A stretch of DNA of 64,000 nt from Methanobacteriota archaeon (GCA_020348345.1 CP070748.1:669190-733189); one strand, 5' to 3'; counted from the stretch's first letter, positions 27,886 through 38,181 are shown. Program-made: numbers and translations. The notes: generated from the letters alone by a model not told the origin.

Positions 27886-28371
27886 CTACTTGACCTCCTT
27901 GTCGTGCAACATCCTGAGCAGGAGTCGCTCGATCTCGGCTCCTCTGTAGCCAACTGCGCCTCCGACGGAATAGGGCCGCTTCACCTGCTCATATCCCTTC
28001 ATCGGCGGATGCAGCCTCATGACGGGCTTCAGCCCTTTAACGTCGATCATCTTGGCTTCCGTCTTCTCGATTGCCTTGGCAAGGGCGGAGATGGTCGCGA
28101 ACTGCGAATTGCCTTTCACATACTTGTCCGTCAACCTCTCTCCTCCCGCTACTTCGCCGCGGGACTTGAGCAGCTCAACGATGGTGTCCTGGTTGACCTC
28201 GCCCCAAGTCACATAGTCCTTAACGACCTGGAGCATGCCCTTTGTGGTGGTGTTCAGCGGCAGCAGAACGCAATGGTTCGGCCTTGTGAGCCGAAGCATT
28301 TCCATCGTCCTGACCGCCTTTTCTGTGATCTTCGCGTGGCCGCGTACGCGAACCACCGCTATAGCAGACAC
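27886..28371 (-). CDS. rpl30: 50S ribosomal protein L30 (uL30)
   Basis: AVVRVRGHAKI...LRLTRPNHCVL. GTG start. Confidence 0.9.
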   Translation of the reverse strand: MSAIAVVRVRGHAKITEKAVRTMEMLRLTRPNHCVLLPLNTTTKGMLQVVKDYVTWGEVNQDTIVELLKSRGEVAGGERLTDKYVKGNSQFATISALAKAIEKTEAKMIDVKGLKPVMRLHPPMKGYEQVKRPYSVGGAVGYRGAEIERLLLRMLHDKEVK

Positions 28372-28372
28372 G

Positions 28373-29164
28373 TCAACCCGCCTCCTTCGGTTCGGGCCCT
28401 TCGGTCGAGGGCTCTGCGGGCGTCTTCACGTCCTCTTCAGGCGGCTTCTCATCAGCAGTCTTCGCCTCCTTTTCCTTATCATCGTCGGCAGATTCCTCGA
28501 TTACGATGGACGGTGTGATCTGCGGCTTGACCGGGCCGCTGACGATCTTCAGCCTGTCCTTCTGCTCGTCGGTGATCCTCATCTGCGACGTCATCCTGAG
28601 CGCCTCGAACGCCGCTATGGAGGTGTTGATGGTCGTCTTGGTGTGACCCTTGGTGAACCCCCAGGCGTCGTTCACACCAGCCATCCTCAGGACGCTCTTG
28701 GCGATGTCGCCAATCGCGAGTCCAGTGCCTCTCGGCGCTGGCTTGAGCTGCACGACCACAGAACCTGCACGCCCTGTGATCTCGAAAGGCAGTGAATGGG
28801 GTGTGAGACAACCGCACTCCCAAGAGCCGCAACCCCTCTTGATCTCTATGATGTTGAGCTTGGCAACGTCGATCGCCGCCCGTATCGCGGGGCCCACTTC
28901 CTTCCCCTTGAGCCTTCCTAGACCCACGAACCCGTCCTGGTTGCCCACGACCACAGTGATTGCGAACTTGACTCTTCTGCCCGAGTCCGTCATCCTCTGC
29001 ACCATGTTCACGTCGAGCACCTCGTCCGCGAGGTCGGGAAGCAGTATATCGACTATCTCGGGCTCCCTCAGCGGCAAACCGCTCTTGAGAGCCTCGCTCA
29101 TCGTCGTGATCTTGCCGTCCGCAACGAGCCTGCCCAGTCTCGTCTTGGGAATCCAGTCCGGCAT
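28373..29164 (-). CDS. rps5: 30S ribosomal protein S5 (uS5) with acidic C-terminal extension
   Basis: [11 protein letters not shown] and the dsRBD/S5 core, plus a roughly 45-aa D/E/K/P tail. Confidence 0.95.
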   Translation of the reverse strand: MPDWIPKTRLGRLVADGKITTMSEALKSGLPLREPEIVDILLPDLADEVLDVNMVQRMTDSGRRVKFAITVVVGNQDGFVGLGRLKGKEVGPAIRAAIDVAKLNIIEIKRGCGSWECGCLTPHSLPFEITGRAGSVVVQLKPAPRGTGLAIGDIAKSVLRMAGVNDAWGFTKGHTKTTINTSIAAFEALRMTSQMRITDEQKDRLKIVSGPVKPQITPSIVIEESADDDKEKEAKTADEKPPEEDVKTPAEPSTEGPEPKEAG

Positions 29165-29673
29165 TACTCAGCACCTCCTATCTTGCTCTTGACTTCGTCG
29201 AACTGCGCCTCAGCGCCGTCCTGCAGATGCCTTCCCTTGATCCTGTCCTCCGACGGCATCATCTCATCCTTATGAGGTATCGTCACGCCCGCATCGACCA
29301 GTCCCTTCGTTGCGGCGAACAGGACACAGCCCTTGATTGGCTCTCTCAGGCCCAGGTCGAGGACCGCCTCTCCGACGCCCTTCTCGCGAGCCCTGCGGCC
29401 TGCGAGGTATCCCGTTAGGTACGCTCCTGGTGTGCTGTTGCCCGAATGCTCCCAGCCGAGCTTCGCGAGCTCGGTCGACACCGCCGTCGCCACGACGACA
29501 TCGCCTTTGTCGTCGTAAGACACTAGCTGTATCCTCACGTGTTTGTTGGATCTGCGCACGACCGCGCGGTGCTTGCCGCTCTTGATAAGGCTGAGCCTTC
29601 CACGATAGTCCGTGCGCCCCTGCCTCCTCCTTCTGAACGGCACCTTGTATCTTGGCCCGGTTGCCATGACCAT
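29164..29673 (-). CDS. rpl18: 50S ribosomal protein L18 (uL18)
   Basis: [21 protein letters not shown]. Trimmed from the 226-aa track ORF; the start is at 29673 or 29667. Confidence 0.9.
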   Translation of the reverse strand: MVMATGPRYKVPFRRRRQGRTDYRGRLSLIKSGKHRAVVRRSNKHVRIQLVSYDDKGDVVVATAVSTELAKLGWEHSGNSTPGAYLTGYLAGRRAREKGVGEAVLDLGLREPIKGCVLFAATKGLVDAGVTIPHKDEMMPSEDRIKGRHLQDGAEAQFDEVKSKIGGAE

Positions 29674-30128
29674 CACTCCTTGAGGATCCCCTCTGTCCTG
29701 AGGTGCGATTCCAGATGCGGCTTGCTCTTGAACATGCCGCCTTTCGCCCTCAGGTAGTACTTGCGATACGTTCGCGCGTCGATCACATTGCTGTCTCTCA
29801 GTTCCTTCAACCTGCTCCTGATCGGTCGAATCGTCTGTTGCCACCTCTCCTTCGATGGCTTCCGCGCATGCTTGCCGCCGCGACGGGAACCTTGGCCAGT
29901 CCTCCTGCCCTTGCGCTTCTGCGTCCTGAGGTAGTTCGCCCGCCCTCTGGAGACGCCGCGCTTCTGCTTCGCGGCTATGGTCCCAGAGTCGATGAGAGTT
30001 CTGACATCAGAGCGTGTGATGGCGTCAGCGACATCCTCCATCCTGTTGGTGTCTATCCATACCCTGGACTCGCCGCATTTGAGCAGCTGCGCCGCCATCC
30101 TCCGCTGGTTCTTGAGATCCATCATCAT
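29673..30128 (-). CDS. rpl19e: 50S ribosomal protein L19e (eL19)
   Basis: DLKNQRRMAAQLLKCGESRVWID. Confidence 0.95.
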   Translation of the reverse strand: MMMDLKNQRRMAAQLLKCGESRVWIDTNRMEDVADAITRSDVRTLIDSGTIAAKQKRGVSRGRANYLRTQKRKGRRTGQGSRRGGKHARKPSKERWQQTIRPIRSRLKELRDSNVIDARTYRKYYLRAKGGMFKSKPHLESHLRTEGILKE

Positions 30129-30895
30129 CCGCTCCTGTTGAGTACTCTGATCTGGAGCTCATCTGCTCGATCCTCAATCTGTGTCCTCTTCCTCATTCCC
30201 ACTGTGTGTGCAACTCTCGCCGCCTGCACTTTGGGGTCGATGTCCTCGAGCTCCTTGACGTTGTGGACGATGACCTCCTGGAATCCCGACGGGTGCAGAT
30301 GCTTCGCCTGCCTGGGCCCACCGTATCCTATCGATACAGCCTTCGTCCTGTAACCTCTGTTTGTCCTCATCTTCGAATGCAATCCGCGCGGCCTTCTCCA
30401 TCCTGTGGACTGGAGCCGCTTGCGTCTGTGGTACTCCTGCCTGACGAAGTTCGGACGTCGGGAGTCGATGGTCTGGCGCTTCTTCAGGGCGTCGAGTACT
30501 TCCTTGGAGAGCTCGGGCTTGAGCTTGACGCGGTAGCCTTCCTCCTCTTCCTCGATCTCGACCTCTTCTTCCTCTTCGCCTTCCTCTTCGTCCTCTCCCT
30601 CGTCCTCATCGACGACGACGCCTTCCTCGTCGATCTCGACATACTCTTCGCCGGTCTCGTCCTCATCCTCGTCGATCTCCTCGAGATCCTCTCTCCAATG
30701 CTCGAGGGTCTTCGGGCCGACGCCTTTGAGGTGCTCATGTATCTCCTCGGTGCGATCCTCGTCTGCCAGAGCTTCCGCAAGGTCATCGGCGGTCTCGATT
30801 CCGAGCGCCTTGAGCTTGGAAGCATACTCCTCTTTGAAGTTGCGCAGCCCGGCAAACTCGTCCTTATCATTAGATTTATCGTCAGCCAACGTCAT
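30125..30895 (-). CDS. rpl32e: 50S ribosomal protein L32e (eL32) with long acidic N-terminal extension containing an HhH-like motif
   Basis: The C-terminal half is RPNFVRQEYHRRKRL...GWRRPRGLHSKMR. The N-terminal 125 aa or so is D/E-rich and contains LKGVGPKTLEHW. Confidence 0.9.
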   Translation of the reverse strand: MTLADDKSNDKDEFAGLRNFKEEYASKLKALGIETADDLAEALADEDRTEEIHEHLKGVGPKTLEHWREDLEEIDEDEDETGEEYVEIDEEGVVVDEDEGEDEEEGEEEEEVEIEEEEEGYRVKLKPELSKEVLDALKKRQTIDSRRPNFVRQEYHRRKRLQSTGWRRPRGLHSKMRTNRGYRTKAVSIGYGGPRQAKHLHPSGFQEVIVHNVKELEDIDPKVQAARVAHTVGMRKRTQIEDRADELQIRVLNRSG

Positions 30896-31440
30896 CACCT
30901 CCCGGCCTTCTCAGTGACATAGATCCCGTCCTGGAATATCCTCGGGTCAAAGCCCTTTATTCTCGTGGCGCGTTCGATGTTCGCCGCTGTCTGGCCGACA
31001 TCTTCGAGGTTCGAACCTGACACCGTCACCTGGTCCCCCTTGACCACGACCTTCGTCTTCCCCACTATCTTCGCCTTCCTGAGATGCTTCTCCCCCAGGA
31101 AGTTCTCTATAACGAACACTTCACCCTTTACCGACGCCTTGATAGGGAAGTGGGCGTACACGATCTTCATCCTGGTCTCGAAGCCCTCGGTAACGCCGTG
31201 GATCATGTTCCTTATGTGTGCCGCATAGGTGCCGAGCAGAGCCCTGTGCCTAGCCCTGCCCGTATCGCTCATGACGAGCACTGAGCCACCCTCGACCGCG
31301 ATTCTGAGATACGGGCTTGAGAGCTTCCTGCTCTGCTCTCCCAGCGGTCCCTTGACGTTCACGACGCCGTCGCCGACGATGACCTGGACCTTATCGGGAA
31401 CCTCTATCTCGTCTGTGTGCAGACCTCTGACTTCGCTCAT
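30895..31440 (-). CDS. rpl6: 50S ribosomal protein L6 (uL6)
   Basis: Two-domain L6 sequence. Start trimmed to MSEVRGLHT. Confidence 0.9.
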   Translation of the reverse strand: MSEVRGLHTDEIEVPDKVQVIVGDGVVNVKGPLGEQSRKLSSPYLRIAVEGGSVLVMSDTGRARHRALLGTYAAHIRNMIHGVTEGFETRMKIVYAHFPIKASVKGEVFVIENFLGEKHLRKAKIVGKTKVVVKGDQVTVSGSNLEDVGQTAANIERATRIKGFDPRIFQDGIYVTEKAGR

Positions 31441-31450
31441 CCAGATCACC

Positions 31451-31840
31451 TCAGTACACGAACGCCAGGAGCTTGCCACCCACGCCGCCCTGTTTTGCCT
31501 GCGTGTGCGTCAGCACTCCTTTGGTCGTCGTCAATATCAACACTCCGAAATCCTGCGCGGGCAGATACCGCGCCTCGTACTTTTCGAGCTCCCCCGTTCT
31601 CACTGAGTATCGTGGCCTGATGACGCCGCAGTCGTTTATCTGTCCGGCGAGGTTCACTCTGAACATGCCGCTCCTGCCATCGTCTACGAACTCGAACTGT
31701 CTGATGTAACCCGCCTCCTGCATGACCTTGAGCACGCGACCTATCAGTTTGGATGAGGGCTTCACGACGCACTCTCCTCGGCCAACGCGCTCAGCATTCC
31801 TGATGACGGACATCGCATCGTTGAGTGGATCCTGCTGCAT
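31451..31840 (-). CDS. rps8: 30S ribosomal protein S8 (uS8)
   Basis: DPLNDAMSVIRNAERVG. Confidence 0.95.
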   Translation of the reverse strand: MQQDPLNDAMSVIRNAERVGRGECVVKPSSKLIGRVLKVMQEAGYIRQFEFVDDGRSGMFRVNLAGQINDCGVIRPRYSVRTGELEKYEARYLPAQDFGVLILTTTKGVLTHTQAKQGGVGGKLLAFVY

Positions 31841-31851
31841 ATCACATCACC

Positions 31852-31998
31852 TCAAGAGTACTTCCTGAACCCCAGCTCGGGGGCCATTTCCCTGAAAGAT
31901 TGTCTGCACAGGCGCATGCCGTAGCGCCTGACGATGCCGCGCTTCCTGCCGCATCTGGTGCATCCAACCTTCCTGCCGAACAGCTTCTTCGGCTTCAT
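31852..31998 (-). CDS. rps14: 30S ribosomal protein S14 (uS14, short zinc type)
   Basis: [37 protein letters not shown]. Its ATG overlaps the rpl5 stop (ATGA). Only the last 48 aa of the 138-aa track ORF are used. Confidence 0.9.
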   Translation of the reverse strand: MKPKKLFGRKVGCTRCGRKRGIVRRYGMRLCRQSFREMAPELGFRKYS

Positions 31999-32507
31999 TC
32001 GACCACCTCCACGCTGAACCTGGACTTGATGAACTCGATGCCTTCGTGGCGGGTGATCCTGTGATGGGTCGGTACGGATCCTCTCAGGACCCTCCGCTTC
32101 GCGACCCTCTTGCCCGGACGTGTGAGCACCACGCTTATGTCCAGTCCGAATATGCCTATCTCCGGATCGTACTTCATCCCCGGGAAGTCCGTGTAATCCT
32201 GAATGCCGAATGAGAAGTTGCCCTCGGGGTCGAAGGAGTAGTCTGCGATTCTGTTCTCCCTGATCCACAGCGCGGTCTTCACGAACTCTTCGGCCTCCGT
32301 GCCGCGCAGGGTCACCTTGACGCCTATGTCCATCCCACGTCGTATGCCGAAATCCCTGTTGGTCGTCTTCGCAATCGTGCGGATAGGCCTGCGCTTGGTA
32401 ACCATCTGCAGAACCTTCTCAGCCTTCAGCAGCCGCTCACCCGCGTCGCCCACCCCGATGTTGACGACCGCCTTCTCCAGTCGTATGTCCTTCATCGGGT
32501 TGGTCAT
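31995..32507 (-). CDS. rpl5: 50S ribosomal protein L5 (uL5)
   Basis: [24 protein letters not shown] overlap with the rps4e stop. Confidence 0.95.
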   Translation of the reverse strand: MTNPMKDIRLEKAVVNIGVGDAGERLLKAEKVLQMVTKRRPIRTIAKTTNRDFGIRRGMDIGVKVTLRGTEAEEFVKTALWIRENRIADYSFDPEGNFSFGIQDYTDFPGMKYDPEIGIFGLDISVVLTRPGKRVAKRRVLRGSVPTHHRITRHEGIEFIKSRFSVEVVE

Positions 32508-33223
32508 ATGGCCTTCGCCTCCGGAAGTTTGATCTCGGGGGTCTTCTCGCCGACGACGAAGACGTTCTCCTTCACCGTGCTGAAGCCCTCCTTGAAGGTG
32601 ACTATGTTCGAGCCGGAACCTCTCCTGAGCCTGTACTCCTCGATGGTCTGGATCGTGCCGGGGTGCGATCCGCCCGTCAGGAGCGCGAGGCTTCCCTTGT
32701 CGAGCTTCAGCGCCTTCACTATCCGCTGCGACGGCACCTCTATCTTGAGCACGTCGCCCGTTCTGTACTGATCCTTGGGCAACAGAAGACATCTTCCATC
32801 GTGCAGATTGAGCTGCACCTTGCCCTCACGGACGACGTTCTTGCCGTCTATTCTCGCAAGCTTCCAACCCTTGTCCTTGTCATCGATCTTGACCAGCTGC
32901 AGCCTTCCCTTGTAGTCCAGAAGCATGCGGTAGCTCTCGCCGGTCTTCAGGAGCGTTACGACGTCCATCAGCCCTACCGGGAACTTCGGATCGGTCACTA
33001 TCCTTCCGTCGACCGCGACGCCACGTCCGCCGATGACGAACATGCTCTCCCTCGCGTTGTCGCAGACCTTCAGCACATCTCTCAGGATCATCGCCAGAGG
33101 CATGGCCTCTTCCTTGCCGTGCGGTCCCGACCTGGGTTTCATGACCCATTTGCTGACCTTCCTGGGCACGCTCCATCTGCGTGGGGCGGTCATCCTCTTC
33201 AAGTGTTTTTTCAAGACTCTCAC
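32504..33223 (-). CDS. rps4e: 30S ribosomal protein S4e (eS4)
   Basis: HLKRMTAPRRW...KPRSGPH. Confidence 0.95.
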   Translation of the reverse strand: MRVLKKHLKRMTAPRRWSVPRKVSKWVMKPRSGPHGKEEAMPLAMILRDVLKVCDNARESMFVIGGRGVAVDGRIVTDPKFPVGLMDVVTLLKTGESYRMLLDYKGRLQLVKIDDKDKGWKLARIDGKNVVREGKVQLNLHDGRCLLLPKDQYRTGDVLKIEVPSQRIVKALKLDKGSLALLTGGSHPGTIQTIEEYRLRRGSGSNIVTFKEGFSTVKENVFVVGEKTPEIKLPEAKAI

Positions 33224-33597
33224 GCCCCTCCCTTGAAACTCTCGAGCTTCCGCTTTCTCCAGCTGTCCGAGAGGTCTAGTTTCGTTATGATCACGTCCGA
33301 AGGGTCTACGGGTCTCTGGGTTTCCGTGCCGTCCGCCTTCGGTACCGTGATGTTCTCGACCACAATCTTGTAGTTCTTGAGGTCTATGGACGCGACCTTG
33401 TTCTCGGAACCCTTCAGCCCTTTCGCGCCTCGTATGACCTTGACGGTATCTCCCTTGCGCACCGGCAGAGAGCGGACGTTGTACTCCCTGATGAGGGCTG
33501 AGTCCAGATGGGCCGATACCATGCGTCTCCTCTGGTGGAGCGGTGCCTGCCCCTTCGCCCTTCTCTGCTTCCGTGCCTTATGACTCGTAGTGCTCAT
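33220..33597 (-). CDS. rpl24: 50S ribosomal protein L24 (uL24)
   Basis: KOW motif VRKGDTVKVIRG. Confidence 0.95.
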   Translation of the reverse strand: MSTTSHKARKQRRAKGQAPLHQRRRMVSAHLDSALIREYNVRSLPVRKGDTVKVIRGAKGLKGSENKVASIDLKNYKIVVENITVPKADGTETQRPVDPSDVIITKLDLSDSWRKRKLESFKGGA

Positions 33598-33607
33598 CCT
33601 ACCACCC

Positions 33608-34006
33608 TCAGACTATGACCGAAGCGGTCGCTGCAATCCTGGGCCAGCGCTCAGCCGCCTCGCGCGCCACGGGGCCCTTAATGTCGGTTCCCTTGGTCTC
33701 GCCCGTCTCGGTCACTATCACGACCGCGTTGTCCTCGAACTGAACCATCGTGCCCTCAGGGCGCCTGAAAGGCCTCTTCTGCCGTACGATCACGGCTCGC
33801 ATGAGCTGCTTCCTGGTCTCGGGCGTGCCCTTCTTTACAGAGACGACAAGCATGTCCCCAACCGATGCGGACGGGTACCTCCTGCTGGCCCCGTGATACT
33901 TGGGCACTGACACGACCTGGACGATCTTCGCGCCCGTGTTGTCGATGCAGTCCAGTCGGGCGCCGGTCGGTATGCCCCTCATCTGTCTCCCTGGTAATCC
34001 CCTCAT
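33608..34006 (-). CDS. rpl14: 50S ribosomal protein L14 (uL14)
   Basis: [15 protein letters not shown]. Confidence 0.95.
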   Translation of the reverse strand: MRGLPGRQMRGIPTGARLDCIDNTGAKIVQVVSVPKYHGASRRYPSASVGDMLVVSVKKGTPETRKQLMRAVIVRQKRPFRRPEGTMVQFEDNAVVIVTETGETKGTDIKGPVAREAAERWPRIAATASVIV

Positions 34007-34024
34007 CGTGATCGCCTACCTCTC

Positions 34025-34363
34025 CTACCGCTTCTCTATGACTACGTATGATACGCGTTTGCTCAGGGGTCTGCACTCCATTATGCTGACTCTGTCTCCC
34101 TGATTCATCGGCATGCATGGCGGGAGATGCGCGAGATATCTGCTCGTCCTCTTCTCGTATCTCTCGTACTTCGGCACATACTTCATGTGCTCTCTCTCGA
34201 CCGCCACAGTACCCATCATCTTGGTCGATACGACCGTCCCTTTGAGGACGGCCCCTCTCACAGGCAGCTCGCCGTGGAACGGGCAATTGACATCCTCGCA
34301 TCGTTCCTTCGGCGGCTCGATATCGAGCCCCACGTTGGCCGCCGCCTCCTTCTTCCTAGCCAT
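34025..34363 (-). CDS. rps17: 30S ribosomal protein S17 (uS17)
   Basis: CEDVNCPFHGELPVRG...KYERYEKR. Confidence 0.95.
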   Translation of the reverse strand: MARKKEAAANVGLDIEPPKERCEDVNCPFHGELPVRGAVLKGTVVSTKMMGTVAVEREHMKYVPKYERYEKRTSRYLAHLPPCMPMNQGDRVSIMECRPLSKRVSYVVIEKR

Positions 34364-34382
34364 TGTAACATCACCTTGCTGC

Positions 34383-34646
34383 TCATCGCACTCTCTTGAT
34401 CCTGTCCTCAGGTCTGAACCTAATATCGTCCCCCGAGATCACAAACGCCTTCGAACCGTCAACGAGCCTGAACTCGCAGCCGGCCTTGGCGATCACCTTC
34501 TCGGCGCCGTCCTGGTCTATGGTGATGGTGTTCTTGGTTTCGTCCACGACCGTTCCGTGCGCTCCCGCATGGGACGGGCATGTGGACGCCAGGACCTCAA
34601 CCTCCAGACCTATGAACAGCCTTCTCCGGGGGTCCTTTGATTTCAT
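34383..34646 (-). CDS. rnp1: RNase P protein component 1 (Rpp29/Pop4)
   Basis: LIGLEVEVLAST...HGTVVDETKNTITI Sm-like core, in the conserved slot between rpl29/sui1 and rps17. Confidence 0.85.
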   Translation of the reverse strand: MKSKDPRRRLFIGLEVEVLASTCPSHAGAHGTVVDETKNTITIDQDGAEKVIAKAGCEFRLVDGSKAFVISGDDIRFRPEDRIKRVR

Positions 34647-34653
34647 GCTCGGC

Positions 34654-34953
34654 CTACCTCGAGTCCACAGAGAACCCGAGCTCCTCCAGTACCTCCTTAA
34701 CCTTCTTCTTGTGGTCTCCTTGGAGCTCGATCCTGTTCGCCTTGTATGTACCGCCCGCGGCGCAGCGAGTCTTCAGCTTTCGCGCGAGCTCCTCGACATC
34801 GATGTCACCGGAGTCGATTCCCTCGACGACCGTGACGACCTTGCCGTAACGTCGGGTGTCCGTCGTTATTCTTATCTGTTGCTGCTCCTTGGCGATCTGT
34901 TCGCAGATACACAGCTCCTCTGGCAGTCCGCATACCGAGCAAATACCAGCCAT
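34654..34953 (-). CDS. sui1: translation initiation factor aSUI1 (eIF1 homolog)
   Basis: N-terminal CxxC...CIC knuckle and the SUI1 core ([11 protein letters not shown]...CAAGGT...IELQGDH). Confidence 0.9.
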   Translation of the reverse strand: MAGICSVCGLPEELCICEQIAKEQQQIRITTDTRRYGKVVTVVEGIDSGDIDVEELARKLKTRCAAGGTYKANRIELQGDHKKKVKEVLEELGFSVDSR

Positions 34954-35303
34954 TACTTCTTCTCCTCCTTGTCGTGTCCGACTTCGCTGTCGGCTTCGGT
35001 TTCCTCATCGTCGGCCTCCTCCACTGGAGTACGGCCTTCCCTGATCTCCGGCTCTTCTTCTCTCTCCCTCTCGCGACTGGGAGCTTTGACTGGCCTCTCA
35101 ACGCCCAGCTCCAGCTCCCTCTCGATAGTTATGATGCGCGCGATGTTCTTCCTTAGCGCTCTGATCCTTCCAGGGCTTGCGGGCGCGCCTCCCATGGCCG
35201 CCACACCCCTCTCGTGCATGAGCTCGTCGTTGAGCTCCTTGAGCTTCATCTGCCGATCGTCCGGACGCATATTCCTGAGATCCTTCGACCTGAGCAACGC
35301 CAT
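34953..35303 (-). CDS. rpl29: 50S ribosomal protein L29 (uL29) with acidic C-terminal extension
   Basis: LRSKDLRNM...LKELNDEL core followed by about 50 aa of E/R/D-rich tail. Confidence 0.9.
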   Translation of the reverse strand: MALLRSKDLRNMRPDDRQMKLKELNDELMHERGVAAMGGAPASPGRIRALRKNIARIITIERELELGVERPVKAPSREREREEEPEIREGRTPVEEADDEETEADSEVGHDKEEKK

Positions 35304-35306
35304 CGG

Positions 35307-36401
35307 TTACTCCCCCTCCTTCGTCTCTTCGCCTTTCGCGTCTTCTTTCGCTGCTTCGGCCGCGGCATCCTTCTCTGGCGACGCCGGTTTGGACTCAGCA
35401 ACAGCCTTCTTCTGCCTCTCTGATGCCTTGGCGGATTCAGGGACGTTCTCTGCGGGCGCCTCGGCGGCTTTGCTCCCGGTCTCCTTCCCGGCCTCTTCCC
35501 CGGGCTCGGCTTTCGTATCCTTGGGCGGCAATTCGACGCCTTCCTTCTTGTCGGCCTTCTTCCTCTTGGTGGTAGCACGCTTCCGAGGCTTCTTCTCCTT
35601 CGGCTTGTCCTCGGCCTCGTCCTCCTTCTTCTTGGCCTTGTCCGCTGCGGTCTTCTTGGCGGGCTTCTTGTCCTTCTCCTTGCCTTCGTCCTCCGCCGAC
35701 GCCTTCTTGAGTTCCTCCACCGCCTCCGCAGCGCGTTCCTCCTGTGCCTTCTCTGCGAGGTCCTCCTCTTTCGGCGTTGGCTCAGCCGGCACCGTCTCGG
35801 GCTCCGGCAGCGGTAGAACATCTATCTCGTCTGGAAGCCTTGCGTCGGGATGCATGATCTGAACGGTGACGCCTATGACACCGGGCTTCATCCTCGCGTT
35901 TGCGAAACCCCTCTCCATGAAGTCCAGCTTCGCCTGTCCGCAGAACTTGATGTGCCCGCTCTTGAACTTCTCGCGTCTGTGACGCTGTCCCGTGAGCTTG
36001 CCCGCGACGGTCACCTGACAGCCCCTCGCGCCAGATTCCATGATCCTCCTCACGGTGGAATGACCTGCCCTTCTGAAGTGCCAGCCCCGCTCGAGCGCGC
36101 TGGCGAGCTTCTCCGCCATGACCTGGGCGTTGAGGTTGGGGTTCTCCACCTCCTGAACCTCTATCTGGGGGTTGTTGAAGTTGAAATCATCCTCTATCGC
36201 CCTTGTGAGGGTCTTGATCGCCTCGCCCCTCCTTCCTATGACGAGTCCCGGCCTCTCTGTCGTGAGGGTTACGCGCGTGCCCATAGGCGTCCTCTGGACA
36301 TCGAGTCCTCCGAACCCTGCCCTTGACACCCTGGACATGACGTACTCCTTGAGGAGCACCCTTCTGATCTTCTCCGTGACGAACTTCCTCTCGCTTGCCA
36401 T
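35307..36401 (-). CDS. rps3: 30S ribosomal protein S3 (uS3) with a K/E/A/P low-complexity C-terminal extension of about 155 aa
   Basis: KH and S3-C domains in the first 210 aa or so. The remainder is KEEDLAEKAQEE...KKPAKKTAADKAKKKEDE... Confidence 0.95.
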   Translation of the reverse strand: MASERKFVTEKIRRVLLKEYVMSRVSRAGFGGLDVQRTPMGTRVTLTTERPGLVIGRRGEAIKTLTRAIEDDFNFNNPQIEVQEVENPNLNAQVMAEKLASALERGWHFRRAGHSTVRRIMESGARGCQVTVAGKLTGQRHRREKFKSGHIKFCGQAKLDFMERGFANARMKPGVIGVTVQIMHPDARLPDEIDVLPLPEPETVPAEPTPKEEDLAEKAQEERAAEAVEELKKASAEDEGKEKDKKPAKKTAADKAKKKEDEAEDKPKEKKPRKRATTKRKKADKKEGVELPPKDTKAEPGEEAGKETGSKAAEAPAENVPESAKASERQKKAVAESKPASPEKDAAAEAAKEDAKGEETKEGE

Positions 36402-36426
36402 CTAAGACCTCCGCTTGAAGCCGCCT

Positions 36427-36879
36427 TCAGGGCGACCGTCCAACTTCCTCCAATATGATCTCTATGTTGGTTGTCTGCTCGTTCCAGGGGGTGCTCCTTC
36501 CGTAGGCCCTTGGCATGTACGCGGCCTGTATCCTCCCCCTGTGAGCACTCGCACTCCTGATCCTCATGTTGTCCGAGTCAAGGCCCTTGTATTCCGCGTT
36601 TGAGCGCGCGCTCTCTATGACATCGAGTATCGCCTTTGCCGCCTTCTTCGGATATCTGGCCGGGCCCACCTTCGCCTTTGGGCTCAGGTACTTCTTGTAT
36701 CTTGAGTAGGGCACGGGCGTCTTCAGATCGGCGACGCTGCTCAGGTAACTCCTTGCCTCCTCAACCTTCATGCCCTTCAGCATCTTGCAAACCTCCCTGC
36801 AATGCTTAGGGGAGACGTGTACCTCCTTGCCGATCGCCTTGGATGTCGTTTCCGGATCCGTCTCCTGTGTGTATCCCAT
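36427..36879 (-). CDS. rpl22: 50S ribosomal protein L22 (uL22)
   Basis: Sequence and operon position. Confidence 0.95.
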   Translation of the reverse strand: MGYTQETDPETTSKAIGKEVHVSPKHCREVCKMLKGMKVEEARSYLSSVADLKTPVPYSRYKKYLSPKAKVGPARYPKKAAKAILDVIESARSNAEYKGLDSDNMRIRSASAHRGRIQAAYMPRAYGRSTPWNEQTTNIEIILEEVGRSP

Positions 36880-36898
36880 GATGTAACGCCCTCCATTC

Positions 36899-37453
36899 TC
36901 ACTTCAACGGCATGAACTTGGAGGACCTCGTCGCACCGACCCCCAGGCCGGAATGCTTGACGCCCTTCCGTGTAAGCGCGAACTCCCCGAGCGAGTGTCC
37001 TATCATCTCGGGCTTGATCTCGATTGGCTGGTATTCCTTTCCGTTGTGCACGTGTACGGTCTTGCCCACGAAGTTCGGCAGGATGTATATCTCTCGTCTG
37101 TGAGTCCTCACAGGCCCATCGGCCTTCTTGATCTTGCTCAGAAAAGCTTCCTGCTCGGGGTTCATGCCGCGTATGTAGGACCTCCGAGCCCGAGCCGGCA
37201 GCAGCTCTATGATGTCGGCGAGCGGCATCTTCTTGAGCTCCTCCATCGTGTGGCCGCGGTAAGTGAACTCCTTCTTTCTCCTTGCCTGAATCTGGCTCTT
37301 CTTCTTCCTCATCCTTCGACGGGAAGCCTTCGCGGATCCTCCCGCGTGCCTCGCGGAGGGCTTTGGCTTCTTGGGCTTGTCCGTCTTCGCCGCCGCCTTC
37401 TTGGCAGGAGCGGCTGCAGGCGTCGGAGAATCAGCTTTGACACTCTCAGCCAT
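36899..37453 (-). CDS. rps19: 30S ribosomal protein S19 (uS19) with a basic Ala/Lys/Pro N-terminal extension of about 55 aa
   Basis: The core ...[27 protein letters not shown] is preceded by [20 protein letters not shown]... Confidence 0.95.
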   Translation of the reverse strand: MAESVKADSPTPAAAPAKKAAAKTDKPKKPKPSARHAGGSAKASRRRMRKKKSQIQARRKKEFTYRGHTMEELKKMPLADIIELLPARARRSYIRGMNPEQEAFLSKIKKADGPVRTHRREIYILPNFVGKTVHVHNGKEYQPIEIKPEMIGHSLGEFALTRKGVKHSGLGVGATRSSKFMPLK

Positions 37454-37456
37454 TCA

Positions 37457-38179
37457 TCACACCTTCCTTGGCTTCTTGCGTGGCCTCCTCTTGGGAGCCA
37501 GCCTTCCCACCTTCCTTCCAGGGGGCGTGTTCCTTCCGACGCTGGATTGCGTGCCAACGTGCGGATGCCCTCCCCCGCCGTGTGGGTGGTCGACAGGGTT
37601 CTTCGCGATGCCCTTGACTGTGAAGTATGCCTTTGACTTGGAGCCGTAGGCGTGGAATTTCTTGCCAGACTTGGCGAAAGGTTTCTCCTTGTGCCCGCCA
37701 CCGGCCACGAGCCCAACCGTCGCAAGGCACTTGTTGTCCACCTCTTTGAACCGGCCGGACGGCAGCAGAAGCATGGTCTTGGCGCCATGGCTTACGATTG
37801 TTGCCGCATTGCCAGCCGTCCTGACTAGCTTGCCTCCATCGCCGGGCTGCAGCTCGATGTTGTAGACGATAGTCCCCTCGGGGAGCTCGCCAACGGCCTT
37901 TGTGTTGCCCGCAGCGATCGTTCCAGAAGAGCCAATCGACACCTCCTGGCCGACGCTCGCACCGTCTGGGGCAATCATCCAGAACTGTGTCCCCGCGATG
38001 TCAACTCTAGCCAGCGGGGCGATTCTTCCAGCCTCGTGTCGGAGATCGATGATAGTTCCCGTGCCCTGGCGTATCTTCGGATGCTTCGCATCCGTGAACT
38101 TCAGGTGTGTCGGGGACTTGTAACGACCGTATCCACGCCCGCGCCGTTGAGTGATAAGGTTCTTTCCCATCATGATCAC
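37457..38179 (-). CDS. rpl2: 50S ribosomal protein L2 (uL2)
   Basis: GRGYGRYKSP ... HPHGGGGH motif. Confidence 0.95.
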   Translation of the reverse strand: MIMMGKNLITQRRGRGYGRYKSPTHLKFTDAKHPKIRQGTGTIIDLRHEAGRIAPLARVDIAGTQFWMIAPDGASVGQEVSIGSSGTIAAGNTKAVGELPEGTIVYNIELQPGDGGKLVRTAGNAATIVSHGAKTMLLLPSGRFKEVDNKCLATVGLVAGGGHKEKPFAKSGKKFHAYGSKSKAYFTVKGIAKNPVDHPHGGGGHPHVGTQSSVGRNTPPGRKVGRLAPKRRPRKKPRKV

Positions 38180-38181
38180 CT

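Noticed and set aside
34396-35862. 488-aa plus-strand ORF (Ser/Ala/Leu-rich) across sui1, rpl29 and the rps3 tail
   Set aside because: It is antisense to well-supported r-protein genes. Its low-complexity composition mirrors the K/E/A-rich sense strand. This is the typical long shadow ORF of GC-rich DNA.
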